64,000 bases of DNA, from the IMG/VR virus record IMGVR_UViG_3300042455_000638. One strand, given 5' to 3'. The notes below the pieces were generated by a model. It made no database searches and was not told the DNA's origin. It saw nothing but the letters and a program-made list of their open reading frames with translations. This DNA is from a virus. A program made the translations under genes and the position numbers. Below are positions 1-8,099 of the stretch, in pieces. The stretch's first letter is position 1. Each line of letters begins with the position of its first letter.

Positions 1-219
1 GTCTTCAACAGACACGCTTTCACACTCAACCCAGGCACAGACAGTCTTGTCTTCCCCAGCGAATATCTTGTTGGCAGTTCCTCGCTGGTTCCGCAGTCGG
101 CAGTTGGTCATCCGAAGACTGACCCTGACAGGGTCAGCGTAGAAGACCTGCTCTGGCCCCCGGATCTGCCACATCCGGTAGTTCTCACCAAGGGCCAGGT
201 GAAACCTCACTCTGTACAT
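1..219 (-). CDS. Hypothetical protein, N-terminal part only (gene runs off the left edge)
   Basis: ATG at 217-219 with AGGAG RBS 7 nt upstream (minus sense). Open frame to position 1, translation MYRVRFHLALGENYRMWQIRGPEQ.... Absent from the ORF track only because it has no stop in the window. Confidence 0.4.
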   Translation of the reverse strand, partial: MYRVRFHLALGENYRMWQIRGPEQVFYADPVRVSLRMTNCRLRNQRGTANKIFAGEDKTVCAWVECESVSVED

Positions 220-231
220 GGCAGACTCCTG

Positions 232-648
232 TTATTCGAACTCAGGACCGACACAGTAAAGCTGAGCCAACTCCTCGGCTTGGTCCATCGGCACTGGGCG
301 TTTGGCCCCGTCGAACCAGTCCCGATAGAAGTACTCACACTCGATCAACTCACCTTCATTGTTGAACACGAAGTCAAACCCGTCTGATGGGCCCCCCCAT
401 GACAGCAGGACACGGTACGACTTGCGTACGTCGACAGACAGCACACCTTCCAATGCTCGGTCACGGTGCTTCTCTTGGATCTCCTGTTTAAGGTCATCCA
501 ATGACGAATGGTCCTCCGGGTCGATACCCAGGTCAGAGGCCCACTCAAGGGCTGTGAGCACCTCCATACCGTCCCACTCAGGCAGCAGGTCTTCAAGCCG
601 ACCAGCCAGACGGTCACCAACCAACTCTTCACATTTCTTGTCGGACAT
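232..648 (-). CDS. Hypothetical acidic protein (138 aa)
   Basis: Track ORF. GGAGGTG RBS before ATG at 646-648. Followed by the composite intergenic element at 649-745. Confidence 0.55.
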   Translation of the reverse strand: MSDKKCEELVGDRLAGRLEDLLPEWDGMEVLTALEWASDLGIDPEDHSSLDDLKQEIQEKHRDRALEGVLSVDVRKSYRVLLSWGGPSDGFDFVFNNEGELIECEYFYRDWFDGAKRPVPMDQAEELAQLYCVGPEFE

Positions 649-745
649 GTATCACCTCCAAAATGGTTTGAGAGAACACGATCGGGGGCCACCGCAGTGG
701 CCCCCTGTCACAGTCTCACACCGTCACCAACTGTACTTAGAAGCT
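649..745 (-). repeat. Composite intergenic element, copy 1 (box GAGAACACGATCG + hairpin GGGGCCACCGCAGTGGCCCC + 35-bp box ...CAACTGTACTTA)
   Basis: Same tripartite arrangement as at 3601-3690, 5802-5890 and 6419-6510. Located between the stop of one leftward gene and the RBS of the next. Confidence 0.6.
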
Positions 746-1168
746 ATACTTCCTCAGCGTGGTAATCAGCTCCTCAAGCTCAGCGATCTCAGAGCCAAGG
801 CTGTCGCACTCTTCGATGTTCTCCGCCTCGGACGGGTCCAAGTCTTCGAGCTGCCCTTCCAGGTCGTCGATCTCATCCTGAAGCTCGTCGATCAGAGCGT
901 CTTTGACCCGCTCAAGGTCCCGAAGGTAGAAGTTCCCGCTGCCGAACTCATACAGGTTCTCACTGTCGAGCCAGTCGGAAAACCCGCAGCGGTATGCGAC
1001 CGGATCGCATTCTTCGAGAACCTTGCTCGGCATCATGTGGCTGAAAGGCCCTCCGACTGATGACATGCTGTAACACTCATTGAGCATCTCGTCGTAGAGG
1101 GTATCAACGTCAACCTCAGTCAAGTCGTCCTGAACCTTGTCGTGCAATTCTTTGATGATGTCTCTCAT
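737..1168 (-). CDS. Hypothetical very acidic protein (D/E-rich C-terminal half)
   Basis: Track ORF 737..1249 trimmed to an internal ATG at 1166-1168, which has an AGGAG RBS. ATGA overlap with the upstream gene. Stop lies inside the conserved box ...CAACTGTACTTA. Confidence 0.55.
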   Translation of the reverse strand: MRDIIKELHDKVQDDLTEVDVDTLYDEMLNECYSMSSVGGPFSHMMPSKVLEECDPVAYRCGFSDWLDSENLYEFGSGNFYLRDLERVKDALIDELQDEIDDLEGQLEDLDPSEAENIEECDSLGSEIAELEELITTLRKYSF

Positions 1169-1416
1169 ATAGCGTCCATCTCCTTCTCGATGGTAACTTT
1201 TCGAACCCAAACCACCTCGTGCCACTCTGCGATTCTGTCCGTCATACACTCGCCATTGGAACCTTCCCAGCTAGCGTTGATAACGCCTGTCTCCAAGTTC
1301 AAAGCCGCAACAGCGGGGCATAGCTCTCGCCGCACAACCATGTGGGCTACGCCGTCCACAGTGAAGCAGTCCCCCGGAATCCAATCACTACAATCTTCAC
1401 ACGTAACTTTGTTCAA
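1165..1416 (-). CDS. Hypothetical small Cys-containing protein (83 aa)
   Basis: Track ORF. TGA/ATG overlap (ATGA) with the downstream gene. Confidence 0.5.
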   Translation of the reverse strand: MNKVTCEDCSDWIPGDCFTVDGVAHMVVRRELCPAVAALNLETGVINASWEGSNGECMTDRIAEWHEVVWVRKVTIEKEMDAI

Positions 1417-1787
1417 TTTATTCTCCCCATAAGTCTACGGACAATCTCGTCGTGAGACAGGTTAGACATCAACGCTTCGACTTCTTGCTGTTGTTCCAGC
1501 TCCAACTTCTCAGCGGCTTCCTGCCTGGCCCGCCAAGCGGTTCGCCATTCAGAGAGAGCCAGCTTGCCGATTGAGGTGTCTGACGGGTCCACATAGACGT
1601 AGACCGAGACCTCCCGACCCTGCTTGTCAACGAACACTGGCGAGCCACTGGCTTTCACGACAACAGTGAAGTTGTGCTTGGCCAACCGCTCGACGGTCTC
1701 TTGGTCGTACGTCCCACCGAAGGTCCCTCCGGTGGCCTTCCGGTCGTTCCCGGATAGCCGGGTGTGATAGCAAATGCTCTTGTGCAT
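1413..1787 (-). CDS. Hypothetical protein (about 124 aa)
   Basis: Track ORF 1413..1904 trimmed to ATG 1785-1787 (MHKSICY...). This start packs against the upstream gene's stop at 1789. Confidence 0.45.
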   Translation of the reverse strand: MHKSICYHTRLSGNDRKATGGTFGGTYDQETVERLAKHNFTVVVKASGSPVFVDKQGREVSVYVYVDPSDTSIGKLALSEWRTAWRARQEAAEKLELEQQQEVEALMSNLSHDEIVRRLMGRIN

Positions 1788-1788
1788 G

Positions 1789-2175
1789 TCAGGACGATCT
1801 CCCGTCTTGAGGTAAGTGTGAAAAGTCGCTGTACGTGTCCGGGGCATCGCACTCCGCGTCTGTGTCGTTGGCCCAAGTCCAAAGGTCGTCAGCCTCCACC
1901 TCAACAGCCTCGATACACTGACTCAGTAGATCCGCTGTCAGTTCTGGCCACCCGATGCGGTACGTTGCAGTACCGAAGTTGCAGCCCTCTACGATTGATC
2001 CGATGGATATACCTCCGTCATCAATCGAGATCCAAGCACCGCATGATGTGTGCTTATACATCCGTCTTGCGATTAAGTCGTAGTCTCGGTTGTCATGCTC
2101 AAGGCAGAAGAACTCGTTGAGCAGGACCATACCGTCCTCGTACTCTTGCGAGTATGGAGCGTCTTGTGGGTTCAA
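1789..2175 (-). CDS. Hypothetical acidic protein (128 aa)
   Basis: Track ORF. Tight packing with neighbours. Confidence 0.5.
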   Translation of the reverse strand: MNPQDAPYSQEYEDGMVLLNEFFCLEHDNRDYDLIARRMYKHTSCGAWISIDDGGISIGSIVEGCNFGTATYRIGWPELTADLLSQCIEAVEVEADDLWTWANDTDAECDAPDTYSDFSHLPQDGRSS

Positions 2176-2396
2176 GTGTTCTCCCTCTCGTCAAGTTGGT
2201 CTTTCAAGTCATACATCTCGGACCGTAAGTCCCTCATTTCATCACACTTGTTGTGGTACCACTGCAGATAGGTATCTGCCTCCACCCGAATCATCTTGCA
2301 TTCGGTCTCCAAACCCCGGGCGAAGTCGGCATCGACTACTTCCGAGGTCAAAAGGCCCTTCAGCACCTCCGCGTCTGTTCTGGGTGTACCAGACAT
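2172..2396 (-). CDS. Hypothetical small protein (74 aa)
   Basis: Track ORF. GGAGGG RBS. Located immediately downstream (minus sense) of an intrinsic terminator-like hairpin. Confidence 0.5.
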   Translation of the reverse strand: MSGTPRTDAEVLKGLLTSEVVDADFARGLETECKMIRVEADTYLQWYHNKCDEMRDLRSEMYDLKDQLDERENT

Positions 2397-2400
2397 TCTC

Positions 2401-2459
2401 AGCCCTCCAAAGAAAGACCGCTTGGCGACGGGGGCTAGTCTCCCCCATAAGTCGCCAAG
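2401..2459 (-). terminator. Intrinsic terminator-like nested hairpin for leftward transcription
   Basis: 11-bp stem CGCTTGGCGAC/GTCGCCAAGCG enclosing GGGGG...CCCCC. Followed on the minus strand by GTCTTTCTTTGG. Confidence 0.45.
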
Positions 2460-2562
2460 CGGTGCGTGTTGTAAAGTACTGCAGTAGAACCTCTGGACGC
2501 TGCAGCCCGTCCTCTCGTCTCGTTATGTGCGGCTCCCCCTGTCTGGCAAGACAGGGGCATAC

Positions 2563-2715
2563 CTAACGAAAACCTGCGGGGTAACGCCCACAGACGGTTG
2601 TCCGTTCAGCGACTTCAACAACCGGCTTTCCGCAGACAATCAGCCACAGGGTATTGCCGACCCATGTGACGTCGAGAGCTGCCGGTTGAAGAGTCACCGG
2701 ATCTATGAGTATCAT
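2563..2715 (-). CDS. Unannotated small ORF (50 aa, MILIDPVTLQPAALDVTWVGNTLWLIVCGKPVVEVAERTTVCGRYPAGFR)
   Basis: Below the 60-aa track cutoff. GAGGAGGGAG RBS directly upstream of ATG 2713-2715. Sits between the hairpin at 2748-2761 and the terminator at 2401-2459. Confidence 0.35.
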   Translation of the reverse strand: MILIDPVTLQPAALDVTWVGNTLWLIVCGKPVVEVAERTTVCGRYPAGFR

Positions 2716-2721
2716 ACTCCC

Positions 2722-2775
2722 TCCTCAGTAAAACCTACGAACGAGGACCACCGCAGTGGCCCTCTATCTTAGGAT
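2722..2775 (-). repeat. Partial copy of the intergenic element (hairpin GGACCACCGCAGTGGCCC only)
   Basis: Hairpin family member at 2748-2761, directly after a gene stop. Lacks the 35-bp box. Confidence 0.45.
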
Positions 2776-3180
2776 CTACGAGCAAAAGATCAAGTACAGT
2801 TTACCATCGGACATGAACAGGTTCCCAGAGACGCGACCACGATGAGACTCCTTCTCGTACTCATCCCAGTCGATGCACCAGTTGGTGTCGTCCCAAGCCA
2901 CGCTTTCCGCCTCACGGTAATCCCCGGCAGCGGACTGGATGATCAACGCCTTGGTCTCGTTGTCCGGCCTGCCGTCGATCTCTTCATCCTCCCAGGCTCC
3001 CCATGTCCTGATGTAATCCTTAGCCTCAAGTATCTCTTCAGGCGTCAGAGAAATCAAGTCACAAGCCCCAAGGGCGTTTGCCCATGTGATCTTACCAGCG
3101 TTTGGTCCCAACTCCATCTGTGACGCTGAGAACAGGCTGGCGTCCAACTCTAACAGGAAACTCACGTCAATGTCAACCAT
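2776..3180 (-). CDS. Hypothetical acidic W/D/E-rich protein
   Basis: Track ORF 2776..3216 trimmed to ATG 3178-3180, which has a GAGGAG RBS. Confidence 0.5.
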   Translation of the reverse strand: MVDIDVSFLLELDASLFSASQMELGPNAGKITWANALGACDLISLTPEEILEAKDYIRTWGAWEDEEIDGRPDNETKALIIQSAAGDYREAESVAWDDTNWCIDWDEYEKESHRGRVSGNLFMSDGKLYLIFCS

Positions 3181-3391
3181 CGGTTTTCTCCTCAAAGAAA
3201 TCCAGGACAACACCACGCTTCAAACACTCACGGCATTCACAATAGCTGAAGTCGTCCCAAGTCATATCCCCGATTGGGGTATCAGTACCTTCATCGGTGA
3301 CCAGCATGACAACGTCAACCGCAATGCCGAACGGACCGTAGCTGTCACAACATGGACAACGCATACCCTTCAGGCAATTCTCGTTGGTCAT
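3173..3391 (-). CDS. Small Cys-rich putative zinc-binding protein (CPCC...CECREC)
   Basis: Track ORF trimmed to ATG 3389-3391 with GGAGGAG RBS. ATGA overlap with the next gene. Confidence 0.5.
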   Translation of the reverse strand: MTNENCLKGMRCPCCDSYGPFGIAVDVVMLVTDEGTDTPIGDMTWDDFSYCECRECLKRGVVLDFFEEKTDG

Positions 3392-3600
3392 GGCTCCTCC
3401 CCCGTAACACAGATTGTGCATTCAGCAACTGCCAGGATCTTGTCGTACTGACTGTCCAACAGCAAAACACCTCTCGTCTGGGGCAGGTCAGCAGCGAACA
3501 TCAACCGCTTCAACAGGAAGTAGTCGTAGTTCCTATCCGGCCTCAGGTACCCACTACGTTGAACCAGACGCAGCTCTGTCTCATCTTCGCTACCGAACAT
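3388..3600 (-). CDS. Hypothetical small protein (70 aa)
   Basis: Track ORF. AAAGGAGAAACC RBS. Preceded (minus sense) by the composite intergenic element. Confidence 0.5.
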   Translation of the reverse strand: MFGSEDETELRLVQRSGYLRPDRNYDYFLLKRLMFAADLPQTRGVLLLDSQYDKILAVAECTICVTGEEP

Positions 3601-3690
3601 GGTTTCTCCTTTCTGCCAGAGAACACGAGTGACAAGCCCCGCAGGACTCGTCGGTCACACTCTCTGTCACCGGGGTCAACTGTACTTAGC
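3601..3690 (-). repeat. Composite intergenic element, copy 2
   Basis: GAGAACACGAGTG + stem-loop (ACGAGT...ACTCGT) + GGTCACACTCTCTGTCACCGGGGTCAACTGTACTTA. Its TTA is the stop of the upstream gene. Confidence 0.6.
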
Positions 3691-4273
3691 CTTCCATATC
3701 CTCTACACGGTCACGAATGTCCTCAATACTGTCTTCGAACCATGCGTACGGTACGACTGCAAACCAGCAGGCATCGGTACACTGGTACGTCTCGAACGTG
3801 TTGAACGTCTCAGGCCGGTAGATGCTGCCGATGCAGAAGTCACTACGTGGGTTTTCCCGCTCGGCCAGGACCAGCTCACGGATGTCCTCAACCTCGCAGT
3901 CAAGTTCCTCGGCCAGCATCTTGACCTCAACTTGGTTTTCGACTTCTTCGATGCTGGAGGACCACACTTGGCAACCGGCTTTTGCCTCGTCAACATCGGA
4001 GTTCCGGCGACCACTGAAGCGGTGGCCAGGCTCCATGTCAAACGACCATGCGTCAAACTCATCTACGACCATTCTGGTCTCGTCTGGCGTCCAGTCCGGG
4101 AAGTTGGTCTGGATGTACTCTTCCAAGACGGCCTTGACCCGGTGTGAGTCCTCCACGACGCAGTGCGTGTAGGCATCGCCAGCGTCACCGTGCTTCTCCT
4201 CGTACTCAAGGTGTGACTCGTCACACCGTTTCAGCAACTCACGAAAGCGTTGCTGCAGTTCTGGGTCGGTCAT
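3686..4273 (-). CDS. Hypothetical acidic protein (about 195 aa)
   Basis: Track ORF 3686..4372 trimmed to ATG 4271-4273 with GGAG RBS. ATGA overlap with the upstream gene. Stop is embedded in the conserved box. Confidence 0.5.
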   Translation of the reverse strand: MTDPELQQRFRELLKRCDESHLEYEEKHGDAGDAYTHCVVEDSHRVKAVLEEYIQTNFPDWTPDETRMVVDEFDAWSFDMEPGHRFSGRRNSDVDEAKAGCQVWSSSIEEVENQVEVKMLAEELDCEVEDIRELVLAERENPRSDFCIGSIYRPETFNTFETYQCTDACWFAVVPYAWFEDSIEDIRDRVEDMEG

Positions 4274-4581
4274 GGGTTCTCCAATGGTTTCCAGGAAAAA
4301 CTGCCGAAAGTGCTCAGGCACATGATGCAGTACCGGTACACGTCGTACGGACTGCCGTCTGTTAAGGCACACCGCAGCAGAACGGACATCGGTCCGCTGC
4401 TCCAGTCAGTATCGCTTTCTACAAGTACCCAACTTGGCTCACTCATACCCTGGTCAACAACGTGTAGGTCGTAACCGTACCCGCTTTGACTTCGGAACGA
4501 GCAAACGTACCCCGAGTCGATCCGGGGGTTGCTGTGGATCTTGTTGTCAACGATAGGGAACTTGCGTTCCAACGTACTCAC
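4270..4581 (-). CDS. Hypothetical protein (103 aa)
   Basis: Track ORF. GTG start with GAGGTG RBS. Confidence 0.45.
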   Translation of the reverse strand: MSTLERKFPIVDNKIHSNPRIDSGYVCSFRSQSGYGYDLHVVDQGMSEPSWVLVESDTDWSSGPMSVLLRCALTDGSPYDVYRYCIMCLSTFGSFSWKPLENP

Positions 4582-4649
4582 GTTTCACCTCACTTTCACA
4601 GGTCTGAATGAACACAATACCGGGCCACCGCAATGGCCCGGCGTTACGA
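4582..4649 (-). repeat. Partial copy (box GAACACAATACC + hairpin GGGCCACCGCAATGGCCC)
   Basis: Hairpin at 4621-4638 with the upstream box. The 35-bp box is absent. Confidence 0.45.
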
Positions 4650-5312
4650 TCACTCAGGACTGCCGTTCTCGTCAAACTCGTACTCGTTGGCGATGATATT
4701 CTCGGCAACAACTTCATCGCTGGTCAACCAGTCATGGTCTTTCTCAAGTCTGTTGTACAACCAGTCGGCCAACCATCGCAGGTTGTTCTCCACGACCGTT
4801 TCACGATCACGGTCCTCCATCTGTTCCCATTCGCCCTCCGAATTCTCGAAGTCGTTGAACTCGAACCGCATGGTGTGAGAGTGTGAGTACCGGCCAGTGG
4901 TTGTGATGTCCACTCGACACGTTGCGTTGTACGGTTCGACAAAGTCCACGAACAGACACGCAGCGATGTTGTGCAGGTCCGTATCCAGAGGAGCATACTC
5001 TTTGATCTTCTCGACCATGTCGAGCTTGCCCCGGAAGCAACCCTCGAAGCTGGCTCCATCACCCTGTGACCAGAAACCACTGAACTGGATGTTGGGCTTT
5101 TGACGAGTACCGCCACCCATAAGTTTCACAGGGCTGGTACTCAGCTCAACCCCGAGGATCTTGCAGACCTCTACGAAGTCATCGTAGACACTGTCCCACC
5201 ACTCGTAGTCAAGCCCACCATCCATGCCGAGATACCACTCACGGGCTTTCTGTTTTGCACTGTCCGACAGTTCTTCGTACTTGAAGACCTCTGTCACTTT
5301 GTTACGCGGCAT
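4650..5312 (-). CDS. Hypothetical highly acidic protein (220 aa)
   Basis: Track ORF. GAGGAGG RBS. Acidic, W/F-rich composition. No family recognised with certainty. Confidence 0.5.
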   Translation of the reverse strand: MPRNKVTEVFKYEELSDSAKQKAREWYLGMDGGLDYEWWDSVYDDFVEVCKILGVELSTSPVKLMGGGTRQKPNIQFSGFWSQGDGASFEGCFRGKLDMVEKIKEYAPLDTDLHNIAACLFVDFVEPYNATCRVDITTTGRYSHSHTMRFEFNDFENSEGEWEQMEDRDRETVVENNLRWLADWLYNRLEKDHDWLTSDEVVAENIIANEYEFDENGSPE

Positions 5313-5491
5313 TTTGTCCTCCTCGTAATAAACATCTTGGCGGCTCGTAGGGTCACCGCCGGTTTAACCAAGTACGTCTCAGGATCTTGGACCGTGACCA
5401 CCTCTCGGCTGGAGACTCCAGGTACTCGCTCATGATGAACGTGAATCCAGTAGCCCTTGTACCGAATGGTGTAGAAACATTCTTTGACCAT
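5294..5491 (-). CDS. Hypothetical small basic protein (about 66 aa)
   Basis: Trimmed to ATG 5489-5491, preceded by AGGAGGTTCACA. The identical 16-nt RBS/start context recurs at 5801. Confidence 0.4.
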   Translation of the reverse strand: MVKECFYTIRYKGYWIHVHHERVPGVSSREVVTVQDPETYLVKPAVTLRAAKMFITRRTKCRVTK

Positions 5492-5501
5492 TGTGAACCT
5501 C

Positions 5502-5801
5502 CTACGCTGAGTACCGGTGGCCTGAAGTTCGAACAGCACCTCCACGCATGATGTGCATCAAAGCTGGACCGTTCAAGCTGTGCTGGGAACAGGCCACGCC
5601 TGGACACTCAGGTCTGTCAATGAAGAACGGAATGTGCCCGGAGCCTGCCTCGAAGTACAGGGCAGGTGGCATAACCTTGTTGCCAATCATAACCCGGATC
5701 GCACGGTTCGGCTCTATGACGTTACACCGCACACCATCAACACAGATTGACGTTGTGGAGTACACTTCCACTTCAGGCTTGTTTGCCAAGCTCCAGACCA
5801 T
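5502..5801 (-). CDS. Hypothetical protein (99 aa)
   Basis: Track ORF. AGGAGG RBS. Preceded (minus sense) by the composite intergenic element. Confidence 0.5.
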   Translation of the reverse strand: MVWSLANKPEVEVYSTTSICVDGVRCNVIEPNRAIRVMIGNKVMPPALYFEAGSGHIPFFIDRPECPGVACSQHSLNGPALMHIMRGGAVRTSGHRYSA

Positions 5802-5890
5802 TGTGAACCTCCTTTCTGAGAGAACACGATCGACGAGCCTCGCAAGGCTCGTCTGTCACACACTCTCACCGGGGTCAACTGTACTTACTC
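5802..5890 (-). repeat. Composite intergenic element, copy 3
   Basis: GAGAACACGATCG + hairpin GACGAGCCTCGCAAGGCTCGTC + TGTCACACACTCTCACCGGGGTCAACTGTACTTA. Confidence 0.6.
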
Positions 5891-6418
5891 TTCTACGTCT
5901 TCAACCTTGTAGATTGGGTATGGTGCCTCACCGTCTTCAAACCAGTCTGGACCCAGACAATACGTCTTAGGCCCGGTTGGACAAGGATTGCCAAGATGAC
6001 CGGCTCCGGGAGCACACGGACTGCAGAACTGAGCGTGAGTGTAGAAGGGACTCTTCAACACCCACACATCACCATCCTGAGCCAGCTTGAGGAAGTACCC
6101 GTCGCCTTCAAACTCCCACGGGCCACCCTCCTGACAGTCGTGCCACTCCACGTTGCCGATGATCTCAGCAGCCAGCTCGTCAGGATCACCAACCTGACCG
6201 TACGGGTCAATGGCCGCTGCAATGGCTCGTGCCAGCTCGTCTTTGGCCTGGTCACGCATGTTCTCAAAGCCGACATCAGTACCTTGTGTAATGAGGTCAT
6301 CAAGTGCTTCGGGCATCACGTCGTGCTGACTGATGACCCCATAGCGTATTCCGGTCACATGATCTCGGTTCGTCTGGCCAAGACCGTAGTCAATGCCAGT
6401 GTAGCTGGTCTCTTCCAA
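5885..6418 (-). CDS. Hypothetical acidic Cys-rich protein
   Basis: Track ORF 5885..6481 begins at a GTG inside the upstream hairpin. The likely start is TTG 6416-6418, 6 nt after GGAGGAG. That gives the same hairpin-box-RBS-start order seen in the other intergenic units. Confidence 0.4.
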   Translation of the reverse strand: MEETSYTGIDYGLGQTNRDHVTGIRYGVISQHDVMPEALDDLITQGTDVGFENMRDQAKDELARAIAAAIDPYGQVGDPDELAAEIIGNVEWHDCQEGGPWEFEGDGYFLKLAQDGDVWVLKSPFYTHAQFCSPCAPGAGHLGNPCPTGPKTYCLGPDWFEDGEAPYPIYKVEDVEE

Positions 6419-6510
6419 TGTAATCTCCTCCAAAGGTTCGAAAGTACACGATTGGGAACCACCGCAATGGCTCCCTGTCACACACTCTCAACCGGGGTCA
6501 ACTGTGTTTT
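6419..6510 (-). repeat. Composite intergenic element, copy 4
   Basis: AAGTACACGATTG + hairpin GGAACCACCGCAATGGCTCC + TGTCACACACTCTCAACCGGGGTCAACTGTG. Confidence 0.6.
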
Positions 6511-6941
6511 CAATTACTCCCGTCAAGGTTATGTCCACAATGCTCACACTTAGTGGTGTTCCACTGCTGGCCTTCTTCCATAACGTGGAAGTGACCACAG
6601 TACCCACAGCGAACAGCGTTGAACTGCTCAAACACCCAACGCTCCTGCTCCTCGTACCAGTCACCCCACGTTGTGACGACCAGCTTGACCCCGTTGACGT
6701 AGTCATCGGTCAGCATCAGTGTCGTTGAGTACGTGTCACCGGTGTTCAGGTATGCGGCTGTCGGACCTTCACTGAACGAGCTACACAGGTCCGCGTAGTT
6801 GTCCAGTTCAATGTACTCGATACCGAAGTGGTCCGCCTTCATCAGCTTGGCGATACGGCGAAACGCATCGTCCTTACTGGTGTTGAGCGAGTTGGCCCAC
6901 TCGACCATTCGTTCGAGTTGGGCGTCAAAATGGTCACACAC
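6510..6941 (-). CDS. Hypothetical protein with C-terminal zinc ribbon (CGYCGH...CEHCGH)
   Basis: Track ORF. GTG start with GAGGTGA RBS. Confidence 0.5.
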   Translation of the reverse strand: MCDHFDAQLERMVEWANSLNTSKDDAFRRIAKLMKADHFGIEYIELDNYADLCSSFSEGPTAAYLNTGDTYSTTLMLTDDYVNGVKLVVTTWGDWYEEQERWVFEQFNAVRCGYCGHFHVMEEGQQWNTTKCEHCGHNLDGSN

Positions 6942-6949
6942 ATTTCACC

Positions 6950-7165
6950 TCACTTTGCAAGGCATTCAGGTAGTTCGTTCTTAATGGCATCAACGCAGAC
7001 TTGGGCCAACCTCCCAGCGTCCTCGCCAGACAGGACAAAACGATGATTGGTATCGTCCAGTTCACGGAACACTGCTGTCCATACGTTGGACAGCATGATC
7101 TCAGCTACTGTGTCGATCCCGGCCTTCAGCCTGTCATCACAGGCGTCGTAGTTGGGCCGCTTCAT
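6950..7165 (-). CDS. Hypothetical small protein
   Basis: Trimmed to ATG 7163-7165 with GGAGGT RBS. Confidence 0.45.
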   Translation of the reverse strand: MKRPNYDACDDRLKAGIDTVAEIMLSNVWTAVFRELDDTNHRFVLSGEDAGRLAQVCVDAIKNELPECLAK

Positions 7166-7167
7166 TG

Positions 7168-7470
7168 TTACAACCTCCAAACTTGAGCCATGAGACATTG
7201 CGAGGCATAAGCCACACTTTCCCGGTCCGTCATGAAGACGAATAGCCCCCGGTGAGTCCGGTACCCGTCGATCCACGAAAAGCAGGCCGCTTTCCGTGTC
7301 TCGCCTTCTTTGTTCGTCAGCAGGACGAATGACCTGCCAACCGGGGGAACCCAGTCGTCAGGGCACACTGGTATGTCATGCTGAAGAAAGGTGTCGGCAT
7401 CCCCATGTGCGTAGTGCCACGACGGGTTGTACGGACAGCCTTCCTTGTAATAGTGAAACAGCTCCTTCAT
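7168..7470 (-). CDS. Hypothetical protein (100 aa)
   Basis: Track ORF, packed against neighbours. Confidence 0.45.
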   Translation of the reverse strand: MKELFHYYKEGCPYNPSWHYAHGDADTFLQHDIPVCPDDWVPPVGRSFVLLTNKEGETRKAACFSWIDGYRTHRGLFVFMTDRESVAYASQCLMAQVWRL

Positions 7471-7534
7471 GGTTTAACTCCACAAGCGGAATTGCTTGAA
7501 CGAATGCCGGTGACCCCGGCACTCTATCGAACAA

Positions 7535-7822
7535 TCACTCCTCGCGTCTCCACTCAAGGTAACACGTACCCCTGTAGTTGTTATTCTTCATGGACCACAC
7601 CTCTTCCACGTATGACTCGTCACCGACAATCAGCAGCACTCTGCGTCCGCTGGCCATCGTAATAGCCGTACAAGGATAGAACTGGTCGAGCCACTGACGA
7701 GCTTCGAAGTACTCTTTGTTCTTCAAGGCGTAGTCGTCCTCACCTGCTTCAGGCTCAACGAACACCTGACTGTACGGCACCTTGTCAGCCGTAGTCTTCT
7801 TGGTTGACTTTCTCAGAGCCAC
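7535..7822 (-). CDS. Hypothetical protein (95 aa)
   Basis: Track ORF. GTG start after GGAGGTGAGCT. Confidence 0.45.
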   Translation of the reverse strand: MALRKSTKKTTADKVPYSQVFVEPEAGEDDYALKNKEYFEARQWLDQFYPCTAITMASGRRVLLIVGDESYVEEVWSMKNNNYRGTCYLEWRREE

Positions 7823-7839
7823 AGCTCACCTCCGCTTTC

Positions 7840-8070
7840 TTATTCCATGTAGAACGGGTCAGGCACCACAGGACGAACTCGTGTTGAAACGTCCAAGATG
7901 GTATCGGCCACCAGCTCAGGTGAGCTGTATGTCTTGATCTCACTGGTAGGACCATCGTCAAGCCAGCACGCAGTCTCTGCGTGAGGCATATCAGAAGTAC
8001 CCCATCGCACTGACACGGTCCACCCATTACTAAATGTAATGTGGAAGCCGTTGCTATTCAGTCTGAACAT
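7840..8070 (-). CDS. Hypothetical small protein
   Basis: Trimmed to ATG 8068-8070 after AGAAAGCGGAGGG. The AGAAAGCGGAGG context also recurs near 7835 and 8145. Confidence 0.4.
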   Translation of the reverse strand: MFRLNSNGFHITFSNGWTVSVRWGTSDMPHAETACWLDDGPTSEIKTYSSPELVADTILDVSTRVRPVVPDPFYME

Positions 8071-8099
8071 ACACCCTCCGCTTTCTGTCGGCATCGTCG

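Noticed and set aside
359-1060. 233-aa plus-strand ORF in the leftward gene array
   Set aside because: Antisense to three tightly coupled minus-strand genes that have proper RBSs and ATGA overlaps. Ser/Arg-rich off-frame composition.
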